From NCBI GenBank assembly GCA_028710915.1, contig JAQTTF010000001.1:1-51631 (forward strand): a DNA stretch of 51,631 nt, given 5' to 3'. The notes below the pieces were generated by a model. That model was not told where the DNA came from. It did no database searches and saw nothing but the letters and a program-made list of their open reading frames with translations. The DNA comes from Minisyncoccota bacterium. Its GTDB lineage: Bacteria; Patescibacteriota; Minisyncoccia; Phycocordibacterales; JAQTLZ01. The number at the start of each line of letters is the position of its first letter. The first letter of the stretch is position 1. Shown here piece by piece: positions 16,543-24,870 of this stretch. Made by a program: the position numbers and the translations under genes.

Positions 16543-16875
16543 CTATCGAGGGAGAAGATTAGGAACGTTATTTGCCTGATTCAACTGGAGAGAGTCTCGA
16601 AGGAGGTTTACCAAGCCCCAGACAGACACCATGACGAAAATAGCGATAATACCGTAAATCATTGTATTCCTTCCAGCTTGTCGCTTTTCCTCATCCCCTC
16701 CTGCCAAGATATAGGTAAGAACTCCGTATAGAAAGAGTACAACCGCTGCAGAGATAAAGAGCGGTACGAGTCTGGTAAGGATGTTCTGAGCCCAGGTAAT
16801 GAGATTATCAACACCAGCCGCAAATGCGAGCATTGGCAGTGCCCAAGCTGACGCAACAATAAGAGTTTTTTTCAT
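16543..16875 (-). CDS. Two-TM pilin-like protein, paralog 2
   Basis: 110 aa. Signal peptide MKKTLIVASAWALPMLAFA. C-terminal module LFLYGVLTYILAGGDEEKRQAGRNTMIYGIIAIFVMVSVWGLVNLL. Confidence 0.65.
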   Translation of the reverse strand: MKKTLIVASAWALPMLAFAAGVDNLITWAQNILTRLVPLFISAAVVLFLYGVLTYILAGGDEEKRQAGRNTMIYGIIAIFVMVSVWGLVNLLRDSLQLNQANNVPNLLPR

Positions 16876-16999
16876 TTCTTAAAAAAATAACTTAATAATA
16901 AAGACCTTTTGATAAATAATACGTGCCTTAATGGTAACAAACCGCGGGAAATGAGCAAGAAAGATGTGTGGATATTAAATCTTCTCCAGACTAACATTA

Positions 17000-17521
17000 C
17001 TAAGGGGTAAGTTGCGGCAATATAGGACTCTTGCCCACAACACTTAGGCTAATAATGCCGACAAGCGCCCATAGTGTAGTAATAACTGCAAGGCCGACAA
17101 TACCATAGGTCATAAACCTGACTCCTTCTTTGCGTTTCTCTTCATCGCCCCCTGAATAAATATAGCGAAGCACCCCATACAGGAAGCCAACGACAGCGAG
17201 ACCAACAAGGAGTGGAATGAGTAGGCCCAAATAGCTGGTCAAACAAGCAACCAAAGATTTAAAATCGTTTATTGCGCCGCATGAACCACCGGCAGAAGTG
17301 TGTACGCTATATGCAGAATCGCTACAACTCTGAATTGCCGGCAAGTCTAGCCCAGCATTGAGAGTGCCCGGTGGACATATATAAGCATGCGCGACGAAAG
17401 GAGTAAAAAAGAAAGACGAAAGAACAAAACAAAACATAACCAAGGAAATGACACCTCGGGAATGGAGGATAAAATACTTTGTAACACGATTAAATCTTTG
17501 AGCTGCCGAACGTGTATGCAT
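17000..17521 (-). CDS. Pilin-like paralog 3 with a short Cys-containing ectodomain
   Basis: C-terminal module FLYGVLRYIYSGGDEEKRKEGVRFMTYGIVGLAVITTLWALVGII. Five Cys lie upstream of it. The true start may be the internal ATG at 17434 (MFCFVLSS...). Confidence 0.6.
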   Translation of the reverse strand: MHTRSAAQRFNRVTKYFILHSRGVISLVMFCFVLSSFFFTPFVAHAYICPPGTLNAGLDLPAIQSCSDSAYSVHTSAGGSCGAINDFKSLVACLTSYLGLLIPLLVGLAVVGFLYGVLRYIYSGGDEEKRKEGVRFMTYGIVGLAVITTLWALVGIISLSVVGKSPILPQLTP

Positions 17522-17538
17522 ATGAATAAAAATTATTT

Positions 17539-18441
17539 TTATAATTGATTAATAGTGTTTTGAATAATTGCAGAGAGCGCTGTTGCCCCCAAAAGCACGG
17601 CGGCACCGACAACCGTCCAAAGAAATGCTCTTTTCGCTGTTTCCAATTCCTCGCTGTTGCCCTGCGCTTTTACAAAAAGGAATCCAGAATAAATAATTGC
17701 AAGCACAATAATAATCGCTCCAATTTGTTCTGCGATCTTCAAAATCTTTGCAAAAAGCTGATAGAGATCACAGGTATTCCCAAGAGGATTTTTAAGTCCA
17801 CCAGAACTATCACACCCTTTTCCACTGTTTGGTCCTTGCTGAAGGAGACCTGCACTATTTGGTCCTTGCTGAAGCAAGCCTGGATCTGTTGTGTCATTCG
17901 CTGCAGGTGGTACCACATTCGTCGGAGCTGGAGTCGGAGCGGCCGCATTATTTATTGAAGAAAGAGGAGCGTAAGATCCTGAACTGCCGTTTCCGACCAA
18001 AATACCGCTGAGATCAAAATTGAAGAGAAATCCGGTAGTTGATGAATTGGGGTAATACGGCTTTAGCTTATTATTTATTGTAACAATATCCACAGAAGTA
18101 CACTGTCGGCAGGAGCCTCCGGCCACCCCAGAATTATTGATTGACTGAACGCACGCAGCATTTGTAGGAAAAGCATTCACTGCTTTTTTGTCTTTTCCTA
18201 TTGCACACCAGACAGTACAGGTACCGCAGATATTCCATGACGGGTCTCTCCCCTGCGTACAAGCAGGTCCTGAAGCAAAAACATGCACCACATCACTCGG
18301 ATCTTTCGAACACCATGTGGCCGCAAAAGCAGAGGTAGCTCCTAATGTAAAAAACAAAGCAAAAAGAAAAATTGCAAACAAAAAATGAGACTTGCGACCA
18401 AGCGTAGTTTTAATGTTCTTCTCTTTTTTTACAGTATTCAT
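17539..18441 (-). CDS. Pilin-like paralog 4 with a Cys-rich ectodomain of about 200 aa
   Basis: C-terminal module IIYSGFLFVKAQGNSEELETAKRAFLWTVVGAAVLLGATAL. The N-terminal region has 11 Cys. The ATG at 18441 (MNTVKKEK...) avoids overlap with the upstream gene. The ORF is open to 18498. Confidence 0.6.
   Translation of the reverse strand: MNTVKKEKNIKTTLGRKSHFLFAIFLFALFFTLGATSAFAATWCSKDPSDVVHVFASGPACTQGRDPSWNICGTCTVWCAIGKDKKAVNAFPTNAACVQSINNSGVAGGSCRQCTSVDIVTINNKLKPYYPNSSTTGFLFNFDLSGILVGNGSSGSYAPLSSINNAAAPTPAPTNVVPPAANDTTDPGLLQQGPNSAGLLQQGPNSGKGCDSSGGLKNPLGNTCDLYQLFAKILKIAEQIGAIIIVLAIIYSGFLFVKAQGNSEELETAKRAFLWTVVGAAVLLGATALSAIIQNTINQL
17828..17887 (-). repeat. Two tandem 30-nt units encoding GLLQQGPNS twice
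   Basis: TTTGGTCCTTGCTGAAG is exact at 17828 and at 17858. Confidence 0.8.
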
Positions 18442-18457
18442 TTTTTCTTTTTTAAGA

Positions 18458-19594
18458 TTATCCAAAAATACCTTTGAAAAACTCCGGATCTGCCACAAGA
18501 CCTTTAATGATCGTATTCACCAGAAGCCACGCGCAAAGCATAATAATAATTCCAATGAGAGCGCTCCAAAAGATTTGATGAGCCTCTTCTATTTTCCCAG
18601 GATTCCCGCCTGCGGTCAAATAGAGAAAACCGGCAAAAAAGAAAGCAACGGCGGCAATCGAGACAGCGACTTTAAGAAGAAAGCCGATGATATTGCCGAT
18701 AAGATTAAGAAATTGCTGGAAACCACAATTGCTATAGGCGGTTTGATTTGTAGCATCAATAGTAACAGTGCCGTCACAGGAAACCAGTCCGCTCGGGTTT
18801 GTGCTGGAAGTCGGATTTCCATTATTGCCATTTCCTCCGCCCTTAGGCTGAGTTGGGGATTGAGGGTTAGTGGGTGTTGGCGATGGATTTGCTGAGGAGT
18901 TACAAGCAGTATCGGAAAACCTGCAAGCTCCTCCGGGAACATTATTGGTTTGAATATAAGACTGACATACCTGCATAAATGAACTCTTTTCATCAACAGT
19001 AGAATATTTCGATTCTTTAAAAGGTTTCCCATTCGAATCCATACAGACATATCCAGAAACAGGAGCTGGAGTGGGTGTTGGAGTTGGAGCAACACAATCA
19101 GTATCAGAGAGTGTGCAAGTACCTCCGGATATATTATTAGTCTGAATATATGTTTGACACTGTTGCATGCCAGTATTTTTCTCCTGCTCACTTGCATAAT
19201 GCAATTTCTTCAGAAGAGTTGTACTGGAGTTCATACAAATCCAACCCGACACAGGTACAGGAGTTGGAGTGGGAGTTGGTGTGGGTGTGGGAGGAATAGT
19301 AGCAGAACAGCTGCATTTCCATTGTGCTACTCCCCTTTCTTGAGCAACCCCCGGAACATCGTTACTACAAGCTTCTCCCTGATCGAAATCTTGCCCAACC
19401 GTATGAAATATATATGTCTTCGCAACAACAGTGGAACCATCACAAGTAAGACTCCAGTAGCCTTCTTCTGGCGTGTTCGGATCCGTAGTAGCTTTCACTC
19501 CCGTCGTCGGTAAAAAATAGAAAGATACTCCCAAGGCTATTGCAATAGCAATAATATAGAAAGGAAACCTTTTTGAAGATAAAAAATTGAACAT
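18458..19594 (-). CDS. Pilin-like paralog 5 with a large Cys-rich, TP-linker modular ectodomain
   Basis: 378 aa. C-terminal module FFFAGFLYLTAGGNPGKIEEAHQIFWSALIGIIIMLCAWLLVN. Two ectodomain modules of about 63 aa are joined by (TP)n linkers. Confidence 0.7.
   Translation of the reverse strand: MFNFLSSKRFPFYIIAIAIALGVSFYFLPTTGVKATTDPNTPEEGYWSLTCDGSTVVAKTYIFHTVGQDFDQGEACSNDVPGVAQERGVAQWKCSCSATIPPTPTPTPTPTPVPVSGWICMNSSTTLLKKLHYASEQEKNTGMQQCQTYIQTNNISGGTCTLSDTDCVAPTPTPTPAPVSGYVCMDSNGKPFKESKYSTVDEKSSFMQVCQSYIQTNNVPGGACRFSDTACNSSANPSPTPTNPQSPTQPKGGGNGNNGNPTSSTNPSGLVSCDGTVTIDATNQTAYSNCGFQQFLNLIGNIIGFLLKVAVSIAAVAFFFAGFLYLTAGGNPGKIEEAHQIFWSALIGIIIMLCAWLLVNTIIKGLVADPEFFKGIFG
18875..19255 (-). repeat. 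Tandem duplication of a Cys module of about 63 aa inside paralog 5
   Basis: PVSGWICMNSS..QQCQTYIQTNNISGGTCTLSDTDC aligns with PVSGYVCMDSN..MQVCQSYIQTNNVPGGACRFSDTAC. Confidence 0.8.
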
Positions 19595-19603
19595 TATCTA
19601 AAA

Positions 19604-20878
19604 TTATTGGCTAAATAACTGCTGGATCTGCTGGCTTGCTTGGCCGATCGCATCGGCATACTTTTCCTGTCCCGAAGAAACTGTTTCAATCATGCGCTGG
19701 AAAATACTCTGTGTTTCGGTAGGATTTGGATCAAACCAAGCTCGAGAACGCAACGCTGAAGAATAAAGAACGGGGCTAAGTGGATCGGAAGGCGGTGTTG
19801 AGAGAAGATCAAGACGAACTGGAGGCAAACCGCTCACTTGTGAGAAACTCCTTATGACATCCTGTGAAGTAAGGTACGTAATCATAGAAAGCGCGCTCGT
19901 ATAATTCGGCGACGTTTTCAAAATTGCCAACCCAAACATCCTGGCAAAGGTCATTTTTGTTGAAGCATCTTTAGGCTGGGGCATTTCTGCCATATCGAGA
20001 TTTAGGTTGGGATTCTTTGCCCGCAGCGCTGAAAGTTCTGAAGCAAAGCCGAAATAAAGAGCGAGCTTCCCGGATGCAAAATAATCAAAAGAAGCAGGAA
20101 GCGAACGATTCCATGTGTATGCCTCGTTAGTCGGATTCCCAAACTGGCTATAGAAACGCAAGGCAGTATCTGCTGAATTCCCCGATGAATCCATGACTGA
20201 AGACCAGCCTATTTGAGTCTGTTGTGTAATTGGGTTCCCCGACTGAATAAGAAGAGTCGCAAGAATTTCTTTTGCATTGGAAACATTTCTAAATTCTCCC
20301 ATTGCCACAGCGCTTTGCAAAATTACAGACTCATTATTTTTCTGCGTGAGTGTCTTTGTAAATGTGATAAAATCGCTCCAATTTTTCGGCGGCACTGCCA
20401 CAGAAGCATTCGTCAGAAGGTCGCGATTCCAATACATAACCATGGGATCAATAACAAAAGGCAAAGCAAGAATGCCATCAGTTGTTATGTACATATTTCC
20501 TTCTTGTACGAATGTGTCTTGAAAAGTTCTCTGAGAGAGCGTAGTGAATGGTATTTGAGCAATCTTTTCAGCATGTCGGTAAATTTTATCTTGCGCTAGA
20601 AGAAAGATGTCCGGCCCGTGTCCAGTTGCGATAGCTTCAGCAAGATCAGTATCGAATGTCGCCTCGTCTCTCTGAACATAGCTTACTTTCAGCTGATCAG
20701 GCTTGCCTTGATTTAAATTTGTAAGGAGTGCATCAAATGTGGTTTGCGGAATCGTGCCCCAGATTACAACAGGAGCGATTGCGCTCCCGTTCGGAGCTCG
20801 CACAATTGCGAATGTAAGCACGCCGACAATTGCGAAGAAAATAAGAATTCCAATAAAGACGATTTGAAAATTAGACAT
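19604..20878 (-). CDS. Membrane-anchored extracellular solute-binding protein (ABC family 1-like)
   Basis: 424 aa. N-terminal TM helix, then a periplasmic-binding-protein-like sequence (VVIWGTIP, MVMYWNRDLL). No permease or ATPase gene is adjacent. Confidence 0.55.
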   Translation of the reverse strand: MSNFQIVFIGILIFFAIVGVLTFAIVRAPNGSAIAPVVIWGTIPQTTFDALLTNLNQGKPDQLKVSYVQRDEATFDTDLAEAIATGHGPDIFLLAQDKIYRHAEKIAQIPFTTLSQRTFQDTFVQEGNMYITTDGILALPFVIDPMVMYWNRDLLTNASVAVPPKNWSDFITFTKTLTQKNNESVILQSAVAMGEFRNVSNAKEILATLLIQSGNPITQQTQIGWSSVMDSSGNSADTALRFYSQFGNPTNEAYTWNRSLPASFDYFASGKLALYFGFASELSALRAKNPNLNLDMAEMPQPKDASTKMTFARMFGLAILKTSPNYTSALSMITYLTSQDVIRSFSQVSGLPPVRLDLLSTPPSDPLSPVLYSSALRSRAWFDPNPTETQSIFQRMIETVSSGQEKYADAIGQASQQIQQLFSQ

Positions 20879-20880
20879 GC

Positions 20881-21408
20881 TTATTTTTTAAAGATAAAAC
20901 CATAATGATGGTCTCCTGCCCGAATCTGGGTCTGAAATATAAAACCCGACTTTTCAAAAAGGGCTCGCGCCTTAACTCCCGGGAAAACACTATCGAATGA
21001 AGGACCCATCCCTCCAAAAGAATCCGTCCAATCGATAACAAGCGCCCGCCCGCCCGGCTTTAATATCCTCTTCGCTTCAGTTACCACGGCTTCTTTTGGG
21101 CCAATCTGAAAAAGAATATTTGAAATGACAACAGCATCGACAGTATCTCCCCGCAAATGAGTGCCTCCCGGTTTTTCTACATCCGCCCAAATAATTTCGA
21201 TATTGGTAAAACCGCGTTTGTTCCCCTCATTTTTAATTTTTGAAAGAAGATCCTTTTGAACATCGATCGCATACACCTTCCCCGCCCCACCGACAGCTTT
21301 TGCGATTTCAAAAGCATAAAAACCGGTGCCTGCACCAAAATCGGCAACTTTTGCTCCAGATTGAAGTCCAAATTGCTCTATATTATGTTCTGGATCTGTA
21401 AAGGCCAT
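20881..21408 (-). CDS. Class I SAM-dependent methyltransferase
   Basis: Motif I is VADFGAGTGFYAFEIA, plus the acidic motif YAIDV. The ATG at 21408 (MAFTDPEHN) is preferred over 21450. Confidence 0.7.
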   Translation of the reverse strand: MAFTDPEHNIEQFGLQSGAKVADFGAGTGFYAFEIAKAVGGAGKVYAIDVQKDLLSKIKNEGNKRGFTNIEIIWADVEKPGGTHLRGDTVDAVVISNILFQIGPKEAVVTEAKRILKPGGRALVIDWTDSFGGMGPSFDSVFPGVKARALFEKSGFIFQTQIRAGDHHYGFIFKK

Positions 21409-21479
21409 AGAAATGAATCCTCTATAGTATACAACAAAACAACCCCGCATTTTCAGGGGGCTGTGGAGAAAATGAGCGA

Positions 21480-21971
21480 TTAACGCGTGACAGTTATTTT
21501 CTCTCCTAGTTCTGCATACGGAGCCGAAATAGTAATTCGTGTCGTGGTTGCGTCCTTCTGGATAACATATCCGCTTTCGTAATCTGAAGCCGTATTAAAA
21601 TATGCCCTGTTAGAATCTGGATCAATCGGGAGTGAAGGAAGATACGTCGGAACGAGACAAGCATTGATATCAAATGCGTCTTCAGCCGATGTGCTTGAAG
21701 CTATCGTCATTGGAGTACTCGTGGAAATATTTTGAGAACACACTGTATCTCCTGCAAGTCGAAATACTCCTTTGTTGTCTGCAATTCTCTGGCCAACGGC
21801 ATTTAAAATCTCATTCACATTACTTTGTCGCTGTAGATTTCTTGCTTGAGCAAATTGCCGGGAAGGATTTATAGCGATAAGCACAATTCCAGCGAGAATT
21901 GCAATGATGCCGATGACGACGAGAATTTCTACCAAGGTAAAACCACTTGTGTTCGTTATTTTTCTTTTCAT
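21480..21971 (-). CDS. Type IV pilin (prepilin N-terminal cleavage/methylation domain)
   Basis: N-terminus is MKRKITNTSGFTLVEILVVIGIIAILAGIVLIAI. 163 aa. Confidence 0.85.
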   Translation of the reverse strand: MKRKITNTSGFTLVEILVVIGIIAILAGIVLIAINPSRQFAQARNLQRQSNVNEILNAVGQRIADNKGVFRLAGDTVCSQNISTSTPMTIASSTSAEDAFDINACLVPTYLPSLPIDPDSNRAYFNTASDYESGYVIQKDATTTRITISAPYAELGEKITVTR

Positions 21972-22010
21972 AGAGCGCTCGAAATGAATGTTAACTATTA
22001 TTCCACACTT

Positions 22011-22475
22011 TTACGGCAATGAACAGCTGCGAGAAGTGGGAGTAGGAAGTTCCTCAAAAGACAGGATCGACATATTTGATGAGTTTAGAAGAGCTTTGAG
22101 ATTTGTATGCGACGATGAAACGACAGCTCTGGTCTCCAAATGTATCGTGCCGACTGAAAAACCTATAGGACAAATCTTGCAGGAATCTTCACCTTGGAAA
22201 ATGGTTTCGCCTCCCGAATATGTCTTGTCTTCAAGAAGGTTCATCCGCGCCGTATCAAGGCACACTTCAGCAAGAAATTCGCTTCGTTTCTTATTTTCAG
22301 AATCTAAAATATTGAAACGGGTAAAAAATGAGCTCATATTGAGAGAGAGGAGGATCGCAAGAAGTACGGCGGAAATAAGAATTACAGATACCAGCGCGAT
22401 GAACCCGCCGGAATTTTTCTTGGAAAAATTCCGGCCGCCGAATCTATTTTCTTTTGTACATTTTTCACCTGACAT
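22011..22475 (-). CDS. PilX-like minor pilin / pilus assembly protein
   Basis: Hydrophobic N-terminal segment GGFIALVSVILISAVLLAILLSL. It lies within the pilin operon and overlaps the upstream gene by 11 nt. Confidence 0.55.
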   Translation of the reverse strand: MSGEKCTKENRFGGRNFSKKNSGGFIALVSVILISAVLLAILLSLNMSSFFTRFNILDSENKKRSEFLAEVCLDTARMNLLEDKTYSGGETIFQGEDSCKICPIGFSVGTIHLETRAVVSSSHTNLKALLNSSNMSILSFEELPTPTSRSCSLP

Positions 22476-22935
22476 AATATGTAGTTGTTATAAAGCGATT
22501 TCCTATTTGCAAAACAACAAGAACCCCAGCTGGACTGCCAGACATTACAGGAGGAATATAGGAAAAAGAAATGGAATCTATTTTTACCAATTCATCATTA
22601 AGCGGAACTGGTTTCATATTTCCCCGAGAAAACACAAGAAGACCATCCTGCAAATGTAAGGTCAGAGGATTTTGCGAAGAATTATATTTACGGACAGAAA
22701 GGGTGCTCGAGGCAAGAGATGTCGAAGGAGTATTGATATTAGAAACACCGATGAGTATCCAGTCGATCTTTCGAGAAAGGAAATTTAATTCCTCGTCTAC
22801 GGCAATGCTTTGACTTTGCTTTGAAGAAGATTCGATAAGATCATACGATACAGTAAGAACTCCCCCCAAAAGAAGTGATAAGAGAGCTATATATACTATG
22901 GTTTCGATTAGTGTAAATCCATTATTCTTTCTCAT
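22465..22935 (-). CDS. Minor pilin (prepilin-type N-terminus)
   Basis: MRKNNGFTLIETIVYIALLSLLLGGV. Confidence 0.75.
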   Translation of the reverse strand: MRKNNGFTLIETIVYIALLSLLLGGVLTVSYDLIESSSKQSQSIAVDEELNFLSRKIDWILIGVSNINTPSTSLASSTLSVRKYNSSQNPLTLHLQDGLLVFSRGNMKPVPLNDELVKIDSISFSYIPPVMSGSPAGVLVVLQIGNRFITTTYYVR

Positions 22936-24416
22936 TGTGGTGAAAATATATGAAGGCCTTTCGATCCAACTTCATAAAGCTGATTGTTTTCAATATCCAT
23001 TCCGTTTACGCCAAAACTCGCCCAAGGAGAAATCGAAATCATTTGATGAGCGTTGCTATCATATTCAAATATCGGTTTTTTTGAATAGGTGCTTGCGATG
23101 AAAACAATATTTTCGAAAGCTCTGATGGCGCTAACATATACGCCATCGGTAGTGGAAAGATTGAGATTCGCATGTTCTATCTCGTGTATATTCTTCGGAT
23201 CTGTCACATCTAAAATAAAAAATTCTGATTCGGTTGTCTTGGAAAGGCCTTGTCCTTGCCTGCCAAGATAGAGCTTATTCCCGATAAGAAAAAGCGCCGT
23301 ACCATATTCTGTTCCTGGAGGATTGAAAAATCCTAAAGGCAGCGTATTTGTTTTGGCATCCATTTCCAAAGTCGGAGAAGTAACATCGAAAGCTTCGAGT
23401 TCTGGCATTGAGGCATCTGTACTGGAAAGCGCCAAATAACAAATAGTCTTCTCCACGCCATCTATGAACTGATTTGAAACAGCTATCGCATTCACACTAT
23501 GCCAGACTTTCAAATTCCCGATCTCAACTGGATTGGCGGGATCTGAAACATCAAAAATATGCAATTCTGCGGAATGAGAAGAAGGAGAATAATCTGTGCC
23601 AATATAGACTTTTCCATCAAAATAAAAAATACTTTGGCCAGGTTTATTGCTTCCTAAAAGCGTACAGGCCTGATCGCAGGAAATAAGTTTGAGGTTCTCC
23701 GGATCTCCAATATCTATTACTTGGAGTTGATCGGTACTCGAAGCATTCCCAACATACGCATAATTCTGAGCAACATCCAAAGCTTGAAATCCGTTTCCAG
23801 CAATGAGGGAAGAAAAGTTAGAATTTTTTGTATTGTAAGCGAAAAAATTTGCCGTTGTAGATCCAGTCGAGGCGGTCATGTAAGCAATTCCATTTTTCAT
23901 ATCAAGCCCAGTGATTGCACTCGGAAGATTTGAGACCGCAGACGTTTCAGTAATTTTCGACCAATCTTTCGCCGCGGACATCTCGCCTCCGCAATCATTT
24001 CCTAATTGCGAAAGCACAGAAGGGCTTCCGAAGAAACTGGCAAAAGTTATGCCTTGCGGGCGAGAATCGGCTTGCCAGGAAATCGTTTCTGAAACTTTTT
24101 TCCTGCAAGGAGTAATACTTGAAACTGAAATATCTTTTGAATAAAGGCCGCTGTATGGGTCTCCATCCTGCCCTATTATTGTCGAAGTTGCTGATACTAG
24201 GTTGTTAAAATCACTGAAAGATTCTCCTCGCAGGATTTCAAACTCTTCTCTCGCGACTGCAAGGCCGTGATTATTAAGATCAGAATCAAGCGCGAGAGAA
24301 GAGTTGGAAAAGCTCAAGAGAATGAGCGCGGCAAAAGTAATAGAAAGAATTGCGAGTGCAATAATAATCTCAAGAGTGCTTACTCCTCTATTCTTAATAG
24401 TTGATCCGTCCTTCAT
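22932..24416 (-). CDS. Large minor pilin with a C-terminal beta-propeller-like (LVIVD-type repeat) domain
   Basis: Pilin-like N-terminus is RGVSTLEIIIALAILSITFAALILL. Repeated units follow (LQVIDIGDPENLKLI, LHIFDVSDPANPVEI, LEAFDVTSP, FFILDVTDPKNIHEI). Confidence 0.65.
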   Translation of the reverse strand: MKDGSTIKNRGVSTLEIIIALAILSITFAALILLSFSNSSLALDSDLNNHGLAVAREEFEILRGESFSDFNNLVSATSTIIGQDGDPYSGLYSKDISVSSITPCRKKVSETISWQADSRPQGITFASFFGSPSVLSQLGNDCGGEMSAAKDWSKITETSAVSNLPSAITGLDMKNGIAYMTASTGSTTANFFAYNTKNSNFSSLIAGNGFQALDVAQNYAYVGNASSTDQLQVIDIGDPENLKLISCDQACTLLGSNKPGQSIFYFDGKVYIGTDYSPSSHSAELHIFDVSDPANPVEIGNLKVWHSVNAIAVSNQFIDGVEKTICYLALSSTDASMPELEAFDVTSPTLEMDAKTNTLPLGFFNPPGTEYGTALFLIGNKLYLGRQGQGLSKTTESEFFILDVTDPKNIHEIEHANLNLSTTDGVYVSAIRAFENIVFIASTYSKKPIFEYDSNAHQMISISPWASFGVNGMDIENNQLYEVGSKGLHIFSPQ

Positions 24417-24870
24417 TGTTTATTGTAATAACCTCCGTATGAATTCCGTCGGTTATGGTCGTTGTCGCCTCTCCTCCGCCGAAAGGAGGAACCGGATCTC
24501 CAGTCAATTGTTCAAAAATAATATCGGTACTCGTAGAGACGGCAATGCTTGGATTTTTTGCAATAAACTCATTCGAAATACTTCCCTCGTTGAAAAATTC
24601 TCCTCGAAAAATGGTGTAGCCTTTGTCGTCTATATGCACTCCGTGCGTGGTTTCGTCAATATTATTCATCGCTTCGCTTCGAGCTTTTTGCAAAACACTT
24701 ACGAGCATGCTTTTCTCGCTTCGGAAAAGATACGAACGATAAAAATCTACTCCGACAGGCAAAGAGAGTCCGAGAATAATTCCAAACAAGCCGACGACAA
24801 CCAGTATCTCGACCAAAGTGAAGCCTTTTTGAAAAGATTCTTTAGTGCCGAAGGTGCGCCGTGATTTCAT
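24394..24870 (-). CDS. Minor pilin (GspH/FimT-like)
   Basis: KGFTLVEILVVVGLFGIILGLSLPV. The ATG at 24870 is preferred. The ORF is open to 24900. Confidence 0.7.
   Translation of the reverse strand: MKSRRTFGTKESFQKGFTLVEILVVVGLFGIILGLSLPVGVDFYRSYLFRSEKSMLVSVLQKARSEAMNNIDETTHGVHIDDKGYTIFRGEFFNEGSISNEFIAKNPSIAVSTSTDIIFEQLTGDPVPPFGGGEATTTITDGIHTEVITINNEGRINY

Noticed and set aside
19060-19290. Short direct DNA repeats (ACACC/ACTCC periodicity) as a possible CRISPR or VNTR
   Set aside because: They are in-frame (TP)n linker codons within a long ORF. There are no spacer-repeat units of CRISPR size and no cas genes in the window.
21988-22659. 223-aa plus-strand ORF across the pilin genes
   Set aside because: It overlaps two minus-strand genes that fit the operon and have pilin-type hydrophobic N-termini. 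The plus-strand product has no recognisable features.
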